Positions 46,442 through 59,830 of a stretch of 64,000 nucleotides of DNA are shown here, one piece after another. Under the pieces are notes generated by a model that was not told where the DNA came from, ran no database searches, and saw nothing but the letters and a program-made list of their open reading frames with translations. Source of the stretch: the human T2T-CHM13v2.0 reference genome, Homo sapiens; the NCBI RefSeq assembly GCF_009914755.1, contig NC_060927.1; one strand, 5' to 3'. Position 1 is the stretch's first letter. Each line of letters starts with the position of its first letter. The position numbers were made by a program, and so were the translations under genes.

Positions 46442-48419
46442 CACTGTTTGCCTAATTTGAGAGCATTTCCCCAAAAAAAAGGCATTCTGGTTTTAACACA
46501 TACACCCACAAAGGCACAGGGATCTTGCTCTCTTGGATCCTGTGTTATAGCCATGGTTTGGATGTTAAGAGTCAACTGTATTACATTCCCAGGAGCCATA
46601 GCATTGTACCTCCAGAGAAGGTCTGAAGACTGGGCTCAACTAATCACATATACTGCAATGCTTGGAAACCTATTCATTTTCTGGGAAAAGATCATCCTCA
46701 ACAGTTTCCACAAAACTGCATAAAACTTGCACAACTCTGGCTGCAGTTTTTATATTGCAATTTAAACAATTTCTAAAAAATAAGTAAGAGGCCTACTGTG
46801 GAGGTGACCCAAGTTTGAGCCATGCAGAAGGTCCTGAATTGGTTTAAAGACCCTGCCATGGACATATGAAAAAGAAGACTGCAGCCTACTAGCTATTGGT
46901 ACAGAGCATGTAAAGCGAAGGAGAACACGTGGGATGAACATCACTGATAGTAAAATGCAGAGACCTGCTGACATGTTTCTCCCTCTCAAGAAGAATGAGG
47001 AGTTTGGTGCTCATCAGTCACTGCACTGGGCTGACTACAAAGGACTCTGAAAGACTAATGGAAAAAAAACAGGTGACTTTATTGTACTTCTATACTTACC
47101 TCATCATGTTGTTTTAATAATTTTTGTTTCTGTAGGAAGCTTCCCTAGTGAGTTGCTTCTGCCTCCATGGAATGTAAGTTCAATTTCCCATTTATGTGAG
47201 GACTAGATATAACCATCCCTTCATGCTAAGCCCTGTTTTCTTTAAAATTTTGAGTCCATTGTTCACAAGTGATGAGCCACCACCATCAGGCTTTCTTTTG
47301 TAGACAGAGGAAATAGGAATGCGTATTCTTATCAGTTCTTATGCCTCTGGTTTTATTTTACAAGCAGCATGGACATGTGAATTAATGTGTGGCTCTGACC
47401 AAAACAAAACATTACTTAGAAGCAAGTGAGGACTTTTTTTCTCCATTTAAAGTATCTGGCTCTACAAAGCAGGAAATAAATACTTTGCCTCACTTCAGCA
47501 TTCCTATTCTTGGCAGTTGATTTGGCTAGACAGGTGATAAACAAGAGAGATTTTAGGGGGAAGCTCTGTCTGGAGAACAAGAAGGAAGTAGGTCAAAGCC
47601 TGGCAAGGAATTTTAGGGAGGATCTCGCTTTGGAGAAGCCATTGACAGAGCTTGAAGCAAATGAAAATCAAGTCTCAATTTATTCAGCAAATAATTATGA
47701 GGAATGAAGCTGAGTAGAATTGCCTTTCCAGGTGAGGTTATCTGAGTGAGTACAGAATCATTCTCATTAATCATTTTATATCAGGATTATCAATCAAATC
47801 TTCTGCAGATATTTTCTGTATAACCTCCTAGGTGCTGAATTGTGAGCTAAATAGGCGTTGTCTTTGCCTCTCAATCTGTGTTCATTGGAAAGGACATGCA
47901 GCCAGCAGAACATAATTAACTGAACACTCAACTTTGCCTCTACAGCTTCTTCTGTGTTGTACCTGAGCAAAGCAATACGATGAGTTCTTGGAGACCAAAA
48001 GTCTTCTCTTACTCATATCTAAACTGTGGCATCTAAGACCGTGCCTGGCATGAAGCAGACCTTTAATACTTGTCTCTGGAGTGCTCAAAAGAAAGAAGTA
48101 CAGAGGCTGTCCATAAAGTCTGGAAACATAGGTGAATATACATAAGATCACCAAGGACATCTTCCATCTGCGAAAAAGTGAAATAGCATTATATATGTTT
48201 CCAGACATTGTGAAATACTGAGTAGAAAAAGGTTGTGGAACTCATGGTTTATTCAGGGTGAGAGCCAGAGAGAATTTGCCACCTATTTTGTCTTCAGCAA
48301 AGACTTCCTAGAAGAGGTTTTAAAGCTCTTTGAATAAAGCAAGAGGGCTTAAAAGTTTACCAAAGGAAGGGTTGGGGTGAAAGATGGACAGGAATTGATG
48401 ACTTCTCTCTGTGGTGTGA

Positions 48420-48935
48420 CTGACTCTCCTATTCATCTTCCAAGTCTTTATTTAAATCAGTAGTTCTCAGCTGGGGATAATTTTGCCCCCAGGGATATTT
48501 GACTATGTTTAGAACTACTTTTGGTTGTCACAACTGGAAGGGGAAAGCCACCGGTATCTAGTGGGTAGAGGTCAAGGGATGCCACTAAACCTCCCACTAT
48601 GAGCAAGACAGCCCCCGATAAGAAAGAATTGTCTGACCCAAAATGTCAAAAGTGCTGAGGCAGAGAGGCCCTGGTTTCGTTGAGCCTTGGGAAAGCTTTT
48701 CCTGACACACCTCAAACTACGCTAATTTCCTGTAATATCCTCATTTTACTTTGTTCTTTCCCTACATAGCATGTATCACAATTATAATTAAATACATTGT
48801 ATCTGTCTCTTCCACTAAAACAACACTTCGTAGAAGAAGAAATGTATGTATCTTGTTCCCCATTGTATTGTAGCACCTATTACAATGCTTGACACATAGT
48901 AGATCCTCAATAAATATTTACTGAATGAATGAATC
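48420..48935 (+). mobile_element. L2 3' end interrupted by MER20
   Basis: ctcctattcatcttccaagtc ... caataaatatttactgaatgaatgaat. Confidence 0.75.
48458..48673 (+). mobile_element. MER20 hAT MITE
   Basis: cagtagttctca...ttttggttgtcacaactgg...tctagtgggtagagg...ccaaaatgtcaaaagtgctgagg. Confidence 0.9.
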
Positions 48936-49233
48936 AATCAAGAAATAACTAATATGGAAAAATAAGAAAAAGAGATACTCAAGTTGTTAAGCAGACTGCA
49001 GTTTCAGGAATCACGTGAAGTTTGACCAGTGATCTTGGATTTCTCCATTTCAGTTCAAGAAGGTGATGAGTTTAGTCACAGTATGAAGGGAAGGTAGAAC
49101 TAATAAACTCTATGTATAACATTTTTAATTTATAGACTTATTGCAGTATTTCAGCATTTTAGTTCTTTATCACTAAAGGAACTTGGATGCCAACCCTTTC
49201 AAAAAATCTCTGGGAGTTGAACCAGGATTGATC

Positions 49234-49566
49234 TTGTGGCAAAGAATCTTCATCGGCTGCTAGGACAGCCATTCAGTCTCACTTTCCCATTCTCTCTTAC
49301 AGCCGTATGACACCATTTTGGTCAACAGGATAAAAAGCAGATCTGCTGAGACAGGATTTCTGGGAAAGCTTTTGCTTTTCTGTTAAAAAGGAGAGGCAAA
49401 ACAAGTACCAACCTTCTTTTTTTTATTCCTGGTTGGACCCAATATCAGCAAACTGCCTATGCCTGCACTAATTATTAAATGAGAAAAGTATAACCCACCT
49501 CTATTTAAGCCACTGTAATTAGGTTTTCTCTTACCTGCAGCTGAACGCAGCCCTACCTATGATACA
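49234..49566 (+). mobile_element. MLT1J-like LTR
   Basis: tttctgggaaagcttttgcttttct...tttaagccactg...cagctgaacgcagccct...gataca. Confidence 0.65.
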
Positions 49567-49862
49567 TTTTTCTGCCTTGGTAGCTAATCTTTTTTTCATG
49601 GTCTTTTTAATGATGCAAAAGCAGAAACAGAGACGGTAGGTAGCACAGCTTGGCCTGGGCTTAATCTCATCTGAAGTACAAAGAAAATAGAAGGATCTAA
49701 AGTGGTAGAGGTTGTAGCCTTGAAAGATTTGTGATGGAGCCCAGTGCTGCTTTGTGGTGAGTATCAGAAAAAGAGATGCCAGAGCTCATGGTTTAAGAGC
49801 GGGGAGGGGGAAAGTATTCATAACACAGTGTGGCTGATTTCCTGTTTACATTTTGCAAGTAC

Positions 49863-49864
<2 letters not shown>

Positions 49865-49906
<42 letters not shown>
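49865..49906 (+). repeat. (TG)21 microsatellite
   Basis: Uninterrupted TG run. Confidence 0.98.
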
Positions 49907-49910
<4 letters not shown>

Positions 49911-52224
49911 GCTGAGGCAGTAGTTAGAATATGAGGGTTTTAGGTGCAGTTTTAAAGGTTCTGCATGGAGGGAAAGACCTGAACACAAAGTGGCTACTCT
50001 ACAAACTCTTGTGGATACAGGTTTCAAAGCACTTCTACCATCTTCTGCTCTTCTCTCTGCTCTTCTACTCTAGGCTATGAGAATCTTGAAGGTAAGAACC
50101 ATGTCTTGTTGCTCTCAGTTTCTCTGGTCCCAGAAGAGTGCCATGCCTATAGCATATTATCAGTCAATATTTTCCCAATTAAACACTTACAGTTTTCTCC
50201 CCCTTTGTCTTTAATGCATAGTTGTAAAAAAGAAGAGATGTAATTGAAGTCTGGAGGAGATTAATTTCATTTCTTTCCCTCATTTCTGGCTTTTTTTTTT
50301 ACAAGCAGTATTTCCTATATTTTGAATAGAACATGAAGCCCTGAGTTAGCCAAAATGCTTAAGAAAAACTTTTTTCCAGAAAAAAAAATTGGAAAAGGAA
50401 ATTTTCCCAAATTTATGTTCCACAGAACCCAGTTCCTTAAAATAAATACATTCTTTAATTTGAGCAATATTGGATTAAATAGTTACAGTGTTTGATACAC
50501 TAATGTATGTTGTATCTTTCTAAGAGGTATATGGTTTGTTACTCTTCAAGTCCGTATTTAACTATGTAACCCCAAAAGGATTCCAGGAGAAAAAAATCAG
50601 GGAATAATGATTATCTAATTATTAATACATGTTCAGGTGTGGCAAAGTTTGGGAGCTGCTGTTTTCGATCGTAAGTCTTGTCATGAGGAAAATACAAGGG
50701 CCTTGGTGAAGAAGGAACTAAAAGGAAAGAGGATGGCAGCTCAGAAAAAGGGAAATTGAAGCAGACAAAAAGACCCAGAAATTATGACAGGAAAGTGTAG
50801 TTTGATGCCTGCCATCATGGTCTCTAAATGTGTGGCATATCCATTTGGCAAATGGAGACCAAAGAATTTATGTCGGCAGAAGTGTTAGGCTAAGGATCAG
50901 GAGCCTGGCAATGTACTCCAGAAACTTTCTTTAAATGACTTGTGTCACTTCTCCAAACTAATTGCCTCAGGGGTGATGGGGCATATTAAACCCTTCATTT
51001 CTTCTTTCATGCAATCTTATTTGAAATGAGTTACAAGCTAAGTTGCTGGAGAACTTTTGAGTTATTTCAAGAAGATAGTCAAATCATATGTATGAAAACA
51101 TTTGGTGCTTTGTTTTTTTAAAAAGTTATGTTTATTAATTTTTGTCTGAGGTCCCTGAGAATCTTAGGCAAGTTTTCATACTAACAAATTAAGAGCAATT
51201 AATTTCTAAGTAGTGTTTATGTCTGAGAGATTGGTAAGTGGTTGAGCTAATTAACAAAATAACTTATCAAAATGCATCTGCCACACTCTACTGCGGTATG
51301 CCTAATGATCATTGTGTCAGTGGTAAACTGAGTCAGGAATGGGCCTACAATTCATGTTTCGGAAGTGCTCAGTTTGGTATTTGTTGACAAATTTTAAAGC
51401 TCAAAAAGACAAACACATGTTTTTTCCTTTTGACTGAATTTGAAAGTTCCAAGATGGGACCCCTAAAGCCATGAACATTGACACAGCTTGGTAAGCTCCT
51501 CATTATGGGAATACTTTGTGAAAACAACTTTGGTCTGTAAAGTATTAACACTATTTGATAAAAATCAGTTTTTATTTGGTGTGTCTTTTGAAGCTAGTGT
51601 AACTCCTGGTCATTCTATATAACTATAAAAGCTTTTTGGAATCAAATCCTAATCCCAACATGTTTTTCTTGTTCATTTAAACCTTTTATACACATGTGGG
51701 AGCTAGAGAGAGTGGAAAGTTTTTAGGGCTTAAGCTTAAATTGTCATTCTCATGCACGGTCTCTGAAAAGTATTTGGCATGTTTGTATTTGTAAGTTAAA
51801 GTATACATTTATGGTCTTAAGCATTTTCTTTTTTCTCTTTATGCTTGTTTTTTTGGTTTACAAACAAAGACTGTCTTAAAATGAGAGAGCAGACATGCTG
51901 AAGTTTGGATTGTTTGACTTACCGCCTTGTAGAAAATATCCGTGGGTGTTGATTTTCTAGGTCAAGCCCAGACTCAGGGTCCTAAAGAGAAAAAGTGTTC
52001 TCAACCCAAACTCACAAAAGCTGAGTTCAGTGCTGTAAGAGTCAGATGTAACCTCTGGAGGTTTTTTGGTTTGGGTTTTTTGTTTGTTTGTTTGTTTTTT
52101 CCATGAAAAAGAAGCAACTGAGGCTGCTGAGCAGAAATTCATAGCACTTTATTTTTCCTTTTCGGCTGTTGTGCCCAATAATCATAATATTGGCAAATAG
52201 AGTTAAACTATAAGAAATTCATCT

Positions 52225-52548
<324 letters not shown>

Positions 52549-52643
52549 TTAGGAAAAGCTAAAAAGATATTGTTAATCGTTAATCCTGTAAAGCTGAAGA
52601 TTGAAGTAAATAAGTTTCTCAGAGTGATTGTGCATGAAATGAA

Positions 52644-52980
52644 CTGTATCAGTTAATTTTTGCTACCTAAGAGACACCTCCAAAATTCATTTCTTAAAAC
52701 AACCACCACTAAATATGTATAATTATCACATGTCAGTTTAAAAAAAGAGAGAAAAATGTTTAAACCACCATTTAGTTTAGTTCATGATTCTACAAAGTCT
52801 GCAGTTTGGGGCTGGCTCCGATGAGTAGTTCTTCTGACCCGGGCTGCGGTTGACTGATCGCCGCTGGGTTCACTCATGCATCTGTGGTGGGTTAGTTGTG
52901 AACACTCTGGTCTAGGATGGCCAAAGCAAGGACAGCTGAGGCCTCTCTCCATGTAGTCTCTCAGTCTTGTCCTTATTCAG
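52644..52980 (-). mobile_element. MLT1F/H-like LTR fragment
   Basis: cttaaaacaacc...catgattct...ctgggttcactcatgcatctgtgg...ggtctaggatggcc. Confidence 0.65.
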
Positions 52981-55605
52981 ATACAACTTCCATACCTTTT
53001 CCGTTTATTTTTAATCTCTCCATGTCTCTAAATTCTTTTTTGCCATTTCCTTAATCTGGATCTTATTAGAGCATCCCCAGGGTCAACATCCTCTAGCTTG
53101 GTTGCCTGAATTTTCTTGAGACAGGGAGTAAAGTGAAAGCCAACATTTCTCCTGACTTATTTTTAATAACCTTTAGGGTTATTGTATTTGTGTCTTTTAT
53201 AGTCATCAGCCCCAAATGCTTTCAGGAAGGAACTACAGTCCAAACAAAACTAATTAATTAATTAGGTGGTCAAATGATTAAAAATTGATGGCTAAACAAA
53301 TTAGCATTTTTATTGAATTTATTGCTTTTTATCTCTACTCCCTGTTTCCTGTATGTCTCAGATGAGCTCACCAGTCCCTGGCAATTTTGCCCTTAGAAAC
53401 TTCATCCCATGGCTGATGTGGGACATCACTTAAACTGTGCAGCCACTGCAGAATGTGCCCTGATTGTCTCTCACCAATTAATCAGGAAGCTCGAAGTGGC
53501 TGATTGCTGCCTCCATCAACACAGGATGTTTTGACATAGCTGTTTGGACAAGGCTGTTTGAGGCCCCCTACAAGACTTGCTGGCAGTTGGGAGGGGGACA
53601 TGGCCCACTGGTCAAGTTTTGAAAGCAGCTACTCATCTCGCATCAAACAGCAAACCCTCAATTTTTGAGGGCCTATTGGGGGATCTACCCTGTGCCAGGC
53701 CCCCAAAAGGAGGCTCTGGTGAGCAAAATTGATATTAGGTCTGCCCTCATAGGCTATAGTCAAGTTAGTAAGAGGATTGTTCATGAGTAGTCTTCCATGT
53801 AGGTATACAAACTCTAACGAGTGTTGTGAAGAGAAAGCATTGGGAATATAGGTTTCAGAAGAGGGAAGCTTTAAAACTGTGGTGGTTGAGAATGAAGGAG
53901 TAGGTTGACCGGGAAAACATACCAGATTACCAGGTGGTAAAACTGACACCATGGATTTTCCCCCAGCAAGGTTTAGCTGTCCACATGCAGACTCTAAGAA
54001 ATTGAACAATTAGGTATATCTAGAGCTGGCTGGCTGACTGGCTTCATGCTGGTTGGATCTGATGAAATTACTAAGGTGTAAGGGAGTTCTGAAATGATGC
54101 AATGTGGAATGCAAATTCAGTAACGTAAGTGAAAAATGGATGAGGCTTTCCACCCTTCATGGCGGACTTGACCAGCTATCCAGCCTATGACAAGGTAGAG
54201 CTGGCAGTCCTGAGCTATGGTATATCCCATCGAAAGGTAGTCATTGCCACTCACCTAAAAGCTGTATTTGATGATAGTGTTCTACAAAAATTATCAATTA
54301 TATATAACAAAGAAAATTGCCTTTAGGCACCCTTAGATTTTTAAATGAAGTTTTCTCTATCTTATTATTACTTTCTTATAAAGTTCACTTTGTGCAAACT
54401 TATTTTTCCAAACGCAGTGACAAAGGAGCCCAAGTTAGCAGCCAAAAGGCATGGAAAGGTATCATGGTACCAGAAACTTCAGGTTTAGACATTTTGTAAA
54501 ATTAGCAAAGGGCCCGAAAGCTCATGCTATTTAAATCCATACCAGTTTTCAGGATTTGTATTTTATGAAGAAGGGAATCAATGTGACAGGCGGAAGAGTG
54601 AATGCAATGAAACTCCAATCATTCACACATGTTCATCATTGCCTGCAAGACACATGGCAAATCCCAGCACTGGTGATAACGCAGAGCACTTCCAGCACTG
54701 GTGATGTTGCAGGAGTATGTACAGCCCTGGTAATATCACAGAAGACTCTACTCAGGAAAGTTTATCTGATCTGTCCTTACTACTTCCAATTAGTCTAGAT
54801 TCCTTGAGGGCAATACTGGCCCTGTCTTCCCAGAATCATTGCAAACGTACTGATTAATGCACATTTTTCACCTGTTCCAGTCTTGTGTGGCCAACCTATA
54901 TCTTCCATAATGATCTTCATAGGCTTCATGGGCTAATACACCACACAGCTGATAGCAACAGGCTGTGAGATCCAGCAGAGTTCCAGAGTTTAAATCTTGG
55001 CCTTACATTTTTGACAAATTTAGGTAACCCCACTGAACCTCAGTTTCCTCATAAGCCTCAGGTTTCTTTTAAACTATATAAAAACAGATATATAAAACTA
55101 AAACATAAAATGAAATAATTGCTTAGATATTTTAAATTTTATTATCTTAAATAAAAATTTATTTTGGTACTCACTAAAATATTTGCAATAATAATTATAG
55201 TGGGAGCAATGTGGTGGTGTGATTCGGAAGAGATTATAAAAGTGTCAGCTCTGCCCATTTTCTTATTTGCTTAGGCTTGTTGGCTTCTTTGCAGGAATCA
55301 AGCCGCTTGGCCATTTGAGACAGGTTAGTGAAATTAAAAGTGGGTAATATAATTTGTAAATCCACCAGTGGGTTTAAGTAAAAAATACTGCAAGCTGAAA
55401 GTGAATGAACAAGTAGGGATAATAATTGCAAGTCCTTTGGGTTGTGGAAATTGCACATGACACATGACCCACAACTTACAGAGCAGATAAGAACACAAGA
55501 GTTAATGTTAAATGTTAGTAAATTTAAATGTCAGTAAATCTTAACGTTTTTTCTAAAAATTAAAAACAGAAGTTCTAATCTTTTCTCCCTGAATTTCAAC
55601 ACATT

Positions 55606-55773
55606 TAGTGGTTCCCAAACTTGAGTACGCATCCAAGCCAACTGGAGGGTTTGTAACTCCCAAAGTTTCTGATTAAGTCGGTCTGGGGTAGGACCCAAGG
55701 ATTTGCATTTCTGATGAGTTTCCATATGAAGCCTATGCTGCTGGACTTAGGGACCACACTTTCAGAAACACTG
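55606..55773. mobile_element. MER5A hAT MITE
   Basis: agtggttcccaaactt...ggtctggggtaggacccaaggatttgcatttct...gggaccacactttcagaaacactg. Confidence 0.85.
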
Positions 55774-56584
55774 CAGTAGAGCATCTTGAAGACTCCCCAG
55801 GTTGCATTCTCCCCCAGATCTTTGGTATATATAATACAAATCTCGTTAGGATCAATGCCATCAAGAAGTAATGTTCCCTTTACATTCCAGTTTATATTAC
55901 CCATTCATGTCCTACATTTCCCTTCCATCCACTCCACACTATCCGTTACCCTTCCCCCAATGAAGGCGGAAAGGGTTCAGAGGACAGGGGAAGGATGGTG
56001 CATCCTCTTTGTGAATGCAGCTGACAGTGACTTGCACTACCTGGTAAATTCATGCCCTCAGCATGTTTCCCCAGGGTGAATTAATTGCTTTGCTTTTCCT
56101 TTTCCTTTGCATAAAACTAGGCAGATTTGTCCGTCTGTTTGAACAAGACTTTGTTGCCAGCACTTTTCGAGGATGGCCAGCATGTGGCTGCTGTATGAGG
56201 TTGATAGTGTTGTCAGAAATTCCAGGGTGGGTATTGTCACTTGCGTTGGGAAATGCTAACTGAGGTCAATTCTAGTTCAACTTCCTACTTACAGAATTAT
56301 GGCAGGACGTTAAGTTTGGCCCATGTAAGATGAATAGGTCAGCAGAAACATATTGTCCTCCTAATCCAGGCATCTCTACTTTTAAGCCTTAAATCAGAAC
56401 GTATTTTTCCTGTATTTGAGATCCAGCAATTCATGTCCTCAAATGAGATATTTTACAATCAAAAGCACAGACAGCCAACAAAAAATTCTAAACAAACAAA
56501 AAAAAATTTAAACCAAAGTTGTACATTTAAAAGTTCTATGTGTTTTGTGTCTTTTAATTTTGAAATTGAAAGTCATTTTTTTTC

Positions 56585-57100
56585 AATAATTATTGCTGAG
56601 TAACAAAACTACCCCCAACATTCAGTGGCTTAAAACAACCCTTCTGTTTCTTTGCTCATGAGTCTACAATTTGCACCATTCTTGGTAGGACTCTGCTCTG
56701 TGTAGGGTCAGCTAGGGTGGCTCAGCTAAGCCAGAACAGTCTATTTCCAAATGGGCTTCACTCACTTTGATTGACAAGTTGGTACTGGAGCTGTTGGCTG
56801 GGGCCTTGGTTTTCCTCTCTGTGGTCTCACCACATGACTGGATTGGGCTTCTCACAGCAGGTTGGTCTCGGGGTAGTAGGGCTTCTTACAAGGTGCCTGG
56901 CTGTACCCAGCATGTAAAAGCAGAAACTACCAGACTTTCTGTAGGCTTAAGCTTGGAACTGGCCCATCATTGCTTCCATTACATTCTGCTGGTTAAAATG
57001 AGTCACAAAGCCAGCCCAAACTCAAGGAGACAGTAGACACAGGGGCATGGACACCAGCAAGTGTGGGTCTTTGGAGCCCACCAAAGCAACCGCCTACTGA
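56585..57100 (-). mobile_element. MLT1H-like LTR
   Basis: tattgctgagtaacaaaactacccc...gtggcttaaaacaa...agtcacaaagccagccca. Confidence 0.75.
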
Positions 57101-57289
57101 AGTCATGATGATGCTGGATTTTCCACTCCCTACTGTTTCGGAGCTCTTTGCATTCCATACCACAATCAGGCCAGCTCAGCATAAACAGAGGCAGGTTGTT
57201 AATCTCAGGATGAACAATAGTGCTTCCCAAAGAGGGAATAGTGGCTTTGACTTTAGTTGAGAGGGAATTGTTGGAGTGCAAGGACATGT

Positions 57290-57570
57290 GTCTGCTGAAT
57301 AGGCATCTCTATTAACTTTCTGCCCAAACACTCTTCTAGCTACTTTATCTCCCCTTATCCTGCCTCCTTTTTTCTTCATAGCACTCACCACTGCCTAATG
57401 CTTTATTAAGTAGTTGTTTACTTGGTTATTGTCTGTTTCCCTCCAGTCAAATGTAAAACTCCCAGGGGAAGACACTCGGTCTCTTTTGCTCTACGCTGGG
57501 TGCCCAGCATCGAGAGTGCCTGGCACATAGAAAGCTCCTCATAAATATTTATTGCATGAATGATTATATA
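57290..57570 (+). mobile_element. L2a 3' end
   Basis: ttcatagcactcaccact...gtgcctggcacatag...ataaatatttattgcatgaatga. Confidence 0.8.
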
Positions 57571-59135
57571 AATTTCATAGCTGAGAATCTGCATATGAGA
57601 ATACGCAGACATGACAACTTCAAAATAAGCTGCTATGATGCAGGGGCTATGGCTGAGGTTTGTCTCTCTCTGTAGAGCCTGGGCTGCATGTCCCCTTGTT
57701 GCATATGGGGTGTACCCTCTTCCAGTTCCCATGGTGTCATTGTTTGGAGGTGTCAATGGACATCAATCATGGGGTTAGAGGCTTTTTCTGTAGAGCCTCC
57801 AGTTCCTTTATTTGGCCAATTAGGCTTTGTGCTCCCGTTTCCGAACACAGAGGTGGGAGAAACATGAACCTGGCTTTATCTAACGTCTTAGTTTTAAGGA
57901 ATAAGCATCTGGTGCAGCGCTATATTATTTCCAATTAAAACTTGGATATCCTTATCCTTGCTAAGACTGGTTAGTGAGCATTAGCTATTCATGCCTAAAA
58001 AGAGGCTTAACCAGGTAGTTTTTCATTATATTCTGTCTTTCACTTGATGGAGAGGGGCGGGCAGGCTTGCTGGCTTGCTTTCTTTTTCTTTCTTTCTTTT
58101 CTTTTTCTCTCTGGTTTGCTTTCTACTAATCCATATATTTTTTCTTTTTTTCTATAGCATCCCTTTGAAAATTCGGTATAATTTGTTAGAATCCTCATTT
58201 GTGCTCATCCTCCTGTCCCTGCACTCCTTTGATTGTTTATCGATCACAGAAAAATCGGATTTTCTTAATGAATATTATGTGCTTGCATCTCATTTGGTTA
58301 CAGGTCACCTAGATCTGTCACTTGTGGGACCTCGCCTTTGAATGCCCAGTCTATTTCTTATCATTTATGGAGTCTTTATCTGAAACCCATTTATTCTGGC
58401 TCTGTGCAAAGTGGTCCTCAGTGCTATGGTTTCCAACCATTTTACCAGCCCGGAAGACACTTGGGCGTTTTCAAAAGAGGTTAAAAAAATTGCTTTGAAA
58501 AAGCATTTTAAATATTTCTGTTGGATTGTGTTCTGGTTATTTTCCTCCATGTCTTTTTGTTTTCCCTTGTTCCATCCCCATCCTCACCCATATTCATGCT
58601 TGTGTCACTGAAGTATGGCTACTCTACTCACAGCAGCCTCAGCCCGGTCTGGCTGCACAAGGAGGCCATCTGGCTAAGAGTGTTCCCCAAGAGCTCTAAT
58701 GTGAGTGTTTCTGATTATGCTAACCTTAACCAAGTTCTTCAAAGATGCTATAGCTGTCGGAGTTTTCTGAGCCATTTTAGATCCTAGGCCTAGAGATGCT
58801 AGAATATCAAATGTGTTTTAAGTCGAAATAAGAAACAACAGTGTCCTGTGAGTTTGCACCCTGAATGCAAACACTGCTCCAAGGCACTGTCCCAAAACCA
58901 GCTGTGAGTTAGTGAATTTGGAGTTCTGCGTTGAAGTGGCCCAGTTGAACTTCTGAAAGTGAACCAAGGCGAGGCCATGGGTATGTTGGGACCTAAATGA
59001 AAGACTGTGAACACAGTTCCCTTTTTCATCACCCCAGCCTCCTTTCTCTCTCTCTTCACCTGAATCCCCATCTTTTCTGATATGAACTTGTCCCCTGGCT
59101 CTCCAAAACTAGGAGAGGAAAACAATCTCAGATTC

Positions 59136-59225
59136 TCTCCTGTCCAAGTACTAACCAGGGCCAACCCTGCTTAGCTTCCAAGATCAGATGAGATGGGGCA
59201 CATTCATGGTGGTATGGCCATACAC
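59136..59225 (-). pseudogene. 5S rRNA retropseudogene, nt 1-90, 3'-truncated, tailless
   Basis: Reverse complement matches human 5S (about 12 differences in 90 nt versus remembered sequence); 16-bp TSD caatctcagattctct at 59123-59138 and 59226-59241. Confidence 0.95.
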
Positions 59226-59629
59226 CAATCTCAGATTCTCTTGGGTTTGGCAACAGCCTTGAGGCCTCTGATAATGGGAGTCTACCAGAAGCAAGTTTAA
59301 AACCATTTGTTATTTATTTTCTTGGCTTCTCTTTGTCAAGCAAGTCTGTTTTTAGCATTACTCCTTAGATTTTTGTAGTATTAACCTGCCCCAATTTGTA
59401 AGAAACTTAATGTTTTTCTTGTCTTTTTCTTTCTCACTTTCTGTTTGCAATTTGGTTAACTAATTAGCTTATTGCTCATTTTTCTCAAAATGGACCTATA
59501 TCATGTCAGCAGGACAAAATTATTAGGAAGCTCTGAACAGAGCTCAACTCAAATTTGCAAACCTTCTCTTCCATTATTTACTGCATCCATTTCAGGAATA
59601 AGTAACATCACTCATTACTTTCCACTTCC

Positions 59630-59830
59630 TTCTTGAGCTGTGTGTATAGTGGGAAGAACACTGAACTGAGAGCTGAAAAGACTTGAATTCCAGATGTGAC
59701 TCTGCAGCGTATGAACTGGACTGTCCTTGGACATTCACTTCTCAAAGACTCGGCTTTTCTCATCTGTGTAACATAAATGATCATGACTATCCTGCCTATT
59801 ATGAAGTCATTGAAAAGCCAAGTGAGAAGT
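59630..59830 (+). mobile_element. MIR
   Basis: atagtgggaagaacactgaactgagag...ttttctcatctgtgtaa. Confidence 0.65.

Noticed and set aside
47073-47135. GT...AG 63-nt mini-intron on the plus strand
   Set aside because: Below usual human intron size, weak donor, no supporting ORF on either side
53700-54610. Possible CR1/L3 RT remnants (also ~23000-23750 and ~27050-27450)
   Set aside because: Resemblance too faint to set boundaries by eye
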